From Octopus vulgaris (Eukaryota): a DNA stretch of 64,000 nt. Both the position numbers and the translations under genes were made by a program. Shown here piece after piece: positions 54,889 to 64,000 of the stretch (position 1 is its first letter; every line of letters starts with the position of its first letter). The notes under the pieces are model-generated. The model saw nothing but the letters and a program-made list of their open reading frames with translations. It was not told the DNA's origin and did not search any database. The stretch spans positions 40,548,001-40,612,000 of the forward strand of contig OX597815.1 in NCBI GenBank assembly GCA_951406725.2. The letters run 5' to 3'.

Positions 54889-55264
54889 CATATAACTGAT
54901 AATCTTTCAGTTTCCATCTACCAAATTCACTCATAAGTATTTGGTTAGCCCGAGGCTATAGTAGAAGACACTTTCCCAAGGTGTCATGCAGTGGTACTAT
55001 ATATATATAACACTTTAGATAACAGAGAGAGAGCATCCAGCCATAGAAAATCTACCTCAACAAATTCCGTTTGTACTATGCAAGAAAGGAAAAGCGGACA
55101 TTATATATATATATATATGGCATTCTTTTGATATAGATATCTTATCTATCTATATCGAAAGAATGCCACAATTATATATAGGCTAACACGTATGTATACA
55201 TATACACAAACACTTATATGATGATGTAAGTGTATAACTGCGCGCGTGTATGTGTGTGTATACA

Positions 55265-55298
<34 letters not shown>

Positions 55299-55665
55299 CA
55301 TACATATACATACACACATATATACATATGAGAGGGATGACCACTATGTGGACAACCCTTATGCTAGAAGTAGAGATCCGCTATGGTCCACTAAGAAATG
55401 TTCTCTTGAGAACATATCTTAATGGTAAGACCATAGCGGATCTACTCTCATATGTAATACAATTTTCTGAACCTTCAAATTTTGATATGCCAGACCACTT
55501 CTTTTAAATTGATGTTAATCAAATATCCAATCCCCCCCCTCATTTTAAATATATATATATATATATATATTGTACAGCATAACCATAACTGAGTGTGTAA
55601 GCATATTATATATATAATACACTTACACACAGACACACACAAAAGTACTTTTACGATTATGCTGT

Positions 55666-55713
<48 letters not shown>

Positions 55714-56527
55714 TATACACACACACACGCACACAAATATATATGCATTTTATCCAACACATACACAAATAAGCCTAGTTTCATTCAACAGCACTAAATT
55801 TGCGTGGGGGTAACCGAAAAACATGTGGCTGAATGGAAAGTAATGAGAATATAATTATATGGAATGAGAGAGTCAGCGTCAAAATAAAATTCGATAGAAA
55901 ATTCTCAAAATGGTTCAATAGTACAGATTTTAACAACAACACTTTAATGCGAATGGTTGTTCGGTGTGGTGGGGGTTTTAAAACAAAAAAATATGTTTTG
56001 AAGTATTTCGGATGATAACAGCTGAACAACAGGAAATATCCAAAAAATATATTATTTAATACGAAGAACGCTGGCTGATGGAATAAAATTAAAAAAATTC
56101 AGTATCACAGCTTCTCAAAGAAATAAATATATATATATATATATATTATTATTATTATTAAGAACTATGTCAAGACCAATTCATTACAATCATGTTGCTA
56201 ATAACCATTAAGAAAGGCATATGCATCACAACCTCTCATTTTGTAATAATACTTAATCTGAAATACGGAGTCTTCAGAAGAAACCAATTTTTTTTTTCTT
56301 TTTCTTTTTAATTTTATCCATTTTATCCATTTACCACCAATCTGTATACTCCTATATTTAATGATATATTAAGTTTCTGCTGAGAAATAATTAACTACTA
56401 CAGTTATTTGTCTTTAATCTTTCTTCAATATTAAATTCAAACGTTTTTGGTTTTTTTGTTTGTTTTTTTCCTTTCTTTCAAACATGTATGTTTATTTTTC
56501 CCTATCTTTTTAACTTTGATTCAGCGT

Positions 56528-56656
56528 GTATATATATATATTTGTGTTTGTGTATTTATCTATATATATATATATATATATATATTTGTGTTTGTGTATT
56601 TATCTATATATATATATATTTGTGTTTGTGTATTTATCTATATATATATATATATA
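56528..56656. repeat. Compound minisatellite (TA)n-TTTGTGTTTGTGTATTTATC x3
   Basis: Three units separated by variable-length TA runs. Confidence 0.85.
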
Positions 56657-56856
56657 AACACATGCATTTTTAAAAATAATATATATAATTAAATTGATGG
56701 GTTAAACAGTAATTATGACAATGTAGGTGTGTATAAAATATACATATATTTATGCGTGTGTGTAGGTTTTTTTTTTTCCTTTTTCTGTCTGGTGATTTAC
56801 AACGTATAACATTAACCAGTCTGCTAATCAACAACTTACAGATAACATTTACTTAC

Positions 56857-56933
56857 TTGAGGTGTTCCAAGGAATGGGGGTTTTTGGGCTTCCACAGAGC
56901 TCCGGGTAACCAATTTTTAGACCTCCTAAGCAT
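56857..56933 (-). CDS. CLEC16A: CLEC16A/GOP-1/Ema orthologue, coding exon 1 (MLRRSKNWLPGALWKPKNPHSLEHL-K)
   Basis: ATG at 56933. The HSLEHLK motif matches the CLEC16A N-terminus (HSLDHLK). Donor AA|GTAAGT at 56856. 77 nt, phase 2, joins exon 2 in frame. Confidence 0.92.
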
Positions 56934-57130
56934 CCTGATCGAATCGAAATCTGTGTCAGAATAAAACCAAGGATCTGTTTCTGTCAATTGTTTGTGATCG
57001 CCAGCCGACATTGTAGTTGTCAGCCATTATTATTTTGTCATGTGGGCTGACATATTAAAGGCAACATGTGATTGGTTGATATTATAACAAATTACGTATT
57101 CATCCAGCCACTTCCACAGCCTTCCAACTA
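56934..57130 (-). promoter_or_regulatory. Probable CLEC16A 5'UTR / core promoter
   Basis: Directly upstream of exon 1 with locally retained CpGs. YY1-like AATAATGGCTG near 57021-57031 and CCAAT at 57071-57075, both on the minus strand. The TSS cannot be determined. Confidence 0.45.
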
Positions 57131-60100
57131 TTGTTACGTTGCATTTGATTAGTTAAGTCATTATTCTGATAAATTCTTTTGGACAAAGTTTCTTTTTTTC
57201 TTTTCTTTTAATCGAAGCGAAGAAGGGTAGCGAAGCCAGTATCCATGACCTTTGCAGGTTTTACCAGACATGTGGAGATCACTGTAGTTGATGTTCTACT
57301 TTATCTTCTGAAGACTGATGCCTGATGGTAACACTAGAGCAATGACCTAATGGGACAACCTTAGCTCTTCGACCTGCTAGAAACAACTGCTAAATTCCTT
57401 CAACTTATATCTCATCGTTTAAAATAAAGTTAGGAGATATTAAACACTGTCTACCATATATAAGACAGAATGTTAACTGAAGCATCTTTAATTCATAAGT
57501 CTGGGCAATCAGAGATGACCAGAAACTAAACAGTAACAACAATGAAGTGGTGAGAGAATTCCAGAAGGTTGCAATTCTGGAATGGTGGTGAGGAATTCGG
57601 CGAAGTGTCTATTTACGAATTAGTATGGGGTAAGACACAAATTGGGCTCAAGAGCATTAGGAGGATGCTAAAAGGAGAGTAGGTCGTTGTAAAAAAAATG
57701 CAGATACAGGAAACAACACGTCTACAGGATAATGGCTATAATTGCTTTTTGTGTGTGTGTCAATAAGCTACTGTTTTTTTTTTTTCTTTTCCTTGTTTTT
57801 GATTTTTTTTCTTTCCTGCCTAACCTGTTTGTATAACAGCTCTATCATAGACATAAGTAGTTAGGGTTAATGTGAGTAGCAGTTGTGCTTTGTAGGGAAT
57901 CAATGACAAATCAGTGCTGAAGTCTTTTCTGACTCTGAGAAGTAAGCATAGTCTTTAGAATGTACTTTTAGATGAACCCTTAGTTTCATTCATAATGAGT
58001 TTAAGGGTTTTAGCCATATACTGTTCATGGATAGGAACGACGTTACATTGCAAGATGGTTTCTTTGATATGTATATCAATTGTGTCATCATGCTATTGAA
58101 GAAGAAGATGTCATATCTCATTTGAGGATCAGGATGTTTTTGAAAGTAAGATCTGGTGGTGATATGCATAACGATGCTATGTTGCAAAGAAATGAGAGGA
58201 AGAACAATAATTAATTGATAAGGCCTTTATTTGTTCATTATAAAGTAAGATACAACTTCTTTGAGTTGTTATACAATAATAATTAGCAGTTCTGTTATCC
58301 ATTTTGTAGGTAGTTAACTTCATCTTTTGTTGACTGCTAGAAGACAGGTGGAAAAAGGGGAGAGAAAAAAAAGGAACAGAATCTGCCTCTGTATTGATGA
58401 GAGGCTGGAAGTTGTGTAGCCGTGTGCTGACTATACATACTTGAAGTGAGAAACAGGGAAATGTGCTTTTCTAGTGAGGGCTAAGTAAAAGAGGTAGAAC
58501 TGAATTTGCTTATAGTATTTATATTTGTTGGAGAGTTGGATGTAAGTCAGCAAATAGTGGAGAGTAACGGGTTCATCTCTTGAGCTGTATTTAACACAAT
58601 GTTCACTTAAACAATAGAACTTAACTGAGACAGTTGACTCATAAATTTCTAAGTGCCAAATTCAAGGACAATAGGAAAGAAACTGATACAAAACTCTAGG
58701 CTTAATTTCAGATATTGGCTAAGAATCTAGGATGCTATTTGGTACATATGTATAGGTTGTGTACTGATGTCACCTGTGTATGAAAGGTTTAAGGGGGAGT
58801 AAGGGATAGTATTATCTCCATGAGAGTAGTGTGTGAGTCAGTTGTTAGAAGTAAAGGTGAGAATGTTATTAATGTACTGAAGGCAGATTGTATGAGATAT
58901 AACCAACCTATGAGAGTTGATATAAAATAAGACATATACAAGTTACTCTAGAAAGTTTTGAGAGGAAACTATTAAGCTAACAGATGAATGACATGTACAA
59001 CCCATTAGATTTGTTCAAGTCAGTCTTTGCAGATGTGAAAAACAACAACATTGCTTTCTCCAATAAAGTGTGAAACATTTCTGGTATATAACCCTATGCT
59101 AGCAAATTTATGACTACAAAAACTGCACTAATGATTAATCTGTATGTGTTGTATGGAATTAGAAGCAAAATAGGCAACAAATGTGGTCACTTTATCTTAT
59201 CTGTGCAGTCACTTTAGTCAAGGAGTGGTAACTAGAAGGATTGTTACAAAGTTAAAAATAAGGATGTTCTTAGCAGGTATGATTGTGTACTTAAGAATTT
59301 CATTTCAGAACCACTCTATTTCAAGTGTGAACCCATTGCATTGGCATCTTGGGCAAGTATTTTCTGCCATGGCCTTGGGTCAACCAAAGTTTTGTGACTG
59401 AAATTTAGTAGATAAAACTGTATAGAAGCCCAACAGAGGGACCCCTTCCTGTTCTTGAGTTGTACATTTTAATCTGTAGCCTGGTTTAACACTGTCATCA
59501 GGCCTTTGGATACCTTTAGCCAGGTTCAGTCACTTGTAAGCATTCCGTTTCGGTCTCCCACCTAAAAATAACTTCCCTTTCTCCCACATATCTTGGAATC
59601 CCTGAAAAATAAAAATAAAAACTCCAGTGAATGTTGCATTTCTTCTTCATTCATTGTTTAAAATCTACCTTATTAAACATATTTTAAAGTAATTCTCTTA
59701 TTACGGAGTTGATGTCATTTGAGTTGATAATGAGTCAGGCTATTATCCTGAAGGTTCATATTCTATCAAGGTACAATAAATGGATATAGCTTACTATTGT
59801 AATCAACAAGTGCCTCATATAATTAACAAGTTTGTTTTTAGCCTTGGTAGTGATGAATGTACTTTGATTAGATAAACTCTTACAATTATCTAGTTTCAAT
59901 TTCACCACCACTATATTCACTAGTGTAGCTGGGAGTGGGGTCCACTCCAGGCAGCACTTTTGGGTCTGCTGTAGGCAATATGAGATTTTTTGTGGGGTCT
60001 GGGGGTGGCAAATAGAAGGACTGCCCTGGGTGGCACACACTCTAGCTACACTAGTGACTATACTAAAGTAAAATGATTACAAATAAATTCCTGTCATTGC

Positions 60101-62515
60101 CTACGATGATCTTTCACTACTTAATGCAAATATTCTTTTTTTCCTTTTTGAAGGTCAATAAAATACCTTGTAAGATATTTATCCTGTACATATCACAAAC
60201 TCTCTCTCTCTCTCTCTCTTTCTCCCCCTATCTCTCTCCTTCTCTCTCTCTCTTTCTCCCCCCCCCCCTATCTCTCTCCCTCTCTCTCTCTCAGTGGAGG
60301 CCTACAATATAACATTTGTAAATATATTGACTTATTCCTTAACAAAACAACTATGCAGTTTTGGAAATGTGTGATGAAAAAAGTGCTGCGAGCTGATGCA
60401 CTGATGTTATAAGGTACTCTTAATAGAAGTCAGGCATGAGAACATTTAAGTCTCACAGTTCAGATGATGACAGGATTAGATGACACAGAATGATGTTTCA
60501 TTCGGAGGTTCATTTTACCTAAGCTAAAATGAAAATATGGATGTTAAAACAATTACGATGATTATATTTGAATATGGGCATGACTGTGTGGTTAAGAAGT
60601 TCACATCACAACCATATGGTTTAAGGTTCAGTCCCACTGTGTAGCAGCTAGGGCAAGTGTCTTCAATTATAGTCCTAAGGTAAACTATACCTTGTGAGCA
60701 GAATTGGTTGACAGAAACTTTATGGAAGCCCATCATATGTGTGTGTATGTGTATATGTATGTGTGCATGCATGAGTGTGTTTGTATCTGTGCATATGTCC
60801 ATAAACACTGATATTTCATGACTTTATTTGTCATTGTTAAAGTAAAATGATGATATAATTTTTACATCTTAACTGGTCATTCTGCTCTTTCAAAGACCAG
60901 TTGAATAGAAAATATCAATTACTTGAAAAAACAGGTCGGGGTTAGCAATGGGAAGGGCATCCAGTCACAAAATGCTCCCACAATTTGGAGGTTAAGCACT
61001 TTCAATATTCCACACAAATATGATGTCCATTGAGTTAGTGTGAGTCAAATTTGAGAGTATTTTATGTTTTCAAGGCCATTGCAGTCTTGAATTTATTGTT
61101 AGACATAAGTTTATATTGGATACAATTGATGTAAGAAACCACTTGCTTTCTTCAAAAATATCCAATAAATATGAAAGGATATTGGTATCAACATAATTTG
61201 ATTGACACTACTTCATCTTTCACATGCATGTTTCTGTACAAGTCAATCTTCTGTCCATTACAATTAAAATGAGGAAAATAGAAATGGAAAGAAGGAAACA
61301 AAGTCATTAAGGTACACGTATATTTTACTGTATATTCTCATATCACTTTATTGAGTTAAGTTACATCAAGTGTATGTTTATTCTTTATTTCATTGTCTAT
61401 TAACCCTTAAGCATTCAAATCAACCACATCTGGCCCAAATATTCTACCTGTCAGATCCAGACTCTTATGTCATTCTAAAAAACCTATGCACTCATAGAAA
61501 AATTAAGGTAAAATGGAAAAATATTTGGGTTTTTTTTAAAAATAAAGTGATATTCAAGAAGGCAGTAAGGGTGAAATTTGAACTTAAATTAAAAATCAAT
61601 AAAATTAGGTAAAAATATAAACTAGAATCAGTTAGCTCCAATTTCAAACTGAAAAAATAAAAATGAAAAAAATATTGAAGAACTAAACTATCATTTCCAG
61701 TCATGGATCCATTAGCTTTTTAGTGCTTCAAAACCTTTAACCAGGGAGTATATAATGTGATTTTTTTAAATCTCAACATTGAAATCTCCAACTGGCTTCC
61801 ATATTTTGAGTGTGTACATTTAAAAGTAAGTTTCACTGGGTTATAGAAACACCATGAAGGTGTGTAACCTAGTGGTTAGAGTGTTGCACTCATAGTTGCA
61901 AGATCACAGTTCTGATTCCTAGACCATGTGGTGCATGGTGTTGAGCAAAACATTTCATTTCAAATTGCTCCTGTCTGCTCAACTGTAATTAGTAACTATG
62001 CAATGGACTGGCATCCGATTAGGGGAAATTCTTTTGTTCTTTTACTTGTTTCAGTCATTTGACTGCAGCCATGCTGGAACACCGCCTTAGTCAAACAAAT
62101 TGACTCCAGGACTTATTCTTTGTAAGCCTAGTACTTATTCTATCGGTCTCTTTTGCCTAACTGTGAAGTTATGGGGACACAAACACACACACACATATAC
62201 AATGGGCTTCTTTCAGTTTCTGTCCACCAAATCCACTCACAAGGCTTTGGTCAGCCCAAGGCTATAGTAGAAGATACTTGCCCAAGATGCCATGCAATGA
62301 GACTGATCTTGGAACCATGTGGTTGGGAAGCAAGCTTCTTACCACACAGCCATGCCTCAGTCACTTATATGCCATGAAAACCAGAAAACCAGTTCTAGGA
62401 CTCAAGATAGTAATATACTAATTACTATTTACTATAGAAACACCATTTAAGAGTATTGTCTTCTTGTAGTGCATCTATGACAATTTAACTAAATAGAACT
62501 CCTCCTTCCCCAAGT

Positions 62516-62836
62516 AAAAAGGTAAAGATCCCCTTTGGTCATGAATGACCATGGGATTGCACCTCCAAGGCACAAGTTCAGGCAAGGTTGTTTATAGAAG
62601 ACTAGTAGTCACCCATGCATATCAGCCTCCCTTCTCCACACCACCAATATTATTCCAGGGAAAGGCAAAGGCCAATACAGTTTGGCACCAGTGACTCATT
62701 TCTACAGCTGAATGAACTGGGGTAACGTGAAATGAAGTGTCTTGCTCAAGAATACAACACATTAACTGGTCTGAGAATCAAACTCACTACCTTATGTTTG
62801 TGAGCCCAACACACTAACCACTGAGTCATGCTCCTT
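62516..62836 (-). mobile_element. tRNA-derived SINE, third family (partial copies ~41085-41270(+), ~61856-62020(+))
   Basis: Head CATGACTCAGTGGTTAG...GAGTTTGATTCTC, CTTGAGCAAGACACTT core and a TTTACC-type tail. Confidence 0.65.
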
Positions 62837-64000
62837 CCCCAGGTAGCACTGCAAGCTAAAAAAAAACACTTGTCCATTATAGCTTGAAATTCCCATGGTA
62901 TCTTATGTCGAGTAATGTGATCTGGACTCATTAAAACTTTCGATGACAAAGACTTATTTCACTGAATTGTTCAGGGCATAAACAGTTTTAAGAATTAAAT
63001 ATTTCAAAATATGATACAGAGTAATGTTAGACAGAAGCTATGGATCCCTTTGGTCAGCAATTCAACACAATTACAACTTATCCAGCTGAAACTTTAAACA
63101 TACAGTTAAATATAATTCTATTCACTTCATTATAAGAATAGCAGCTTGACTTGTAGCTTTTCAGCATTGATTAATAAATATCTCTCAGTTTTAAACCAAT
63201 ATGTTCCCATTTTAAATCCAGCTGCATTCAAACCCTGAATATCTGCAACATGTGTTTCTCATATACAATTACAATCTATGTTATTGATTAACTACTCTAA
63301 CAGCAAACAAGGAACTGTAAACAATCTTTTTTTTCATCAAATATCTTTCCAGTAAGCACAATCATTATTTTTTTAAAAACTATATTATAAGCTATCATCA
63401 TTATTGTCAAACTTAAAAGTAGAGCTACCTAAGTGTTCATTGCTTTTTCTTTTATTTGAAGAGATATTACTTTAACTGGAATGCTTAGGGTGGATGTGTG
63501 TGTGTGTGTGTATGTATGTATGCATACATGCATGTATATATAGAGCTGATGTCCTAAGCACTGAGGCAATGGTAAAGGAAGCTTCATTTACATTGGACTG
63601 GATACCGTGTTTGGATTAATGATCAGAGGATTATGGTGGACTTGTTTATGGAAAGTGCCACCAGTAAAAATCAAGACTACAATTTAAGGATTGTGTAAAG
63701 TCCCCTTTGAAGGCATATGAAATATAGGTCATTATGAAAAACAATGCTTGTCATCACCACCAATGGAGGTAAGCAGTAAAAGAGGACATGGGTATTTTTG
63801 AAACTATATGCATTTTTCATGCCAAATTTAAGTGAGTTGTTCAAAACACACTGCCAGTATAGTAAATGGGAGAAGCTTGGTCTGCAATATATGCAGACAT
63901 GTATGCTTATCAAGAGCTGGGCTTATTAGTCATCAAGGAAGTCTCAAGTGTAAAGTATAATTTTGTCTGAGTGTACAATGTTCTTACTGGTTAGTGATGA

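Noticed and set aside
57540-58950. Possible divergent gene upstream of CLEC16A
   Set aside because: No spliceable ORF; the sequence looks like a very decayed minus-strand LINE, too degraded to call.

Overview
This is eukaryotic, AT-rich, repeat-dense DNA. The SINE, MITE and microsatellite repertoire points to an octopus (inference, not database-verified). The only protein-coding gene I can support is the 5' part of a CLEC16A/GOP-1/Ema orthologue on the minus strand: 7 coding exons, about 239 aa, all GT-AG with consistent phases, running off the window start. Its first intron is 46.5 kb (10384-56856). Almost all ORF-track entries are noise or decayed transposons (Tc1/mariner, RTE and CR1-type LINEs, SINEs, hAT/piggyBac/Tc1 MITEs, a Helitron). 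The most striking unexplained structure is a set of asymmetric fold-back palindromes inserted into (TA)n microsatellites in intron 1. Two of them (axes at 15233/15234 and 54075) carry complete type-I hammerhead ribozyme motifs of two different sequence families, arranged head-to-head so that the antisense copy is transcribed first from either strand. They are probably Penelope-like retroelement termini. Intron 1 also holds a 243-bp near-perfect palindrome inside a cassette bounded by 89-bp direct repeats, and a 127-bp templated inverted duplication. All coordinates were read by eye; repeat boundaries are approximate.
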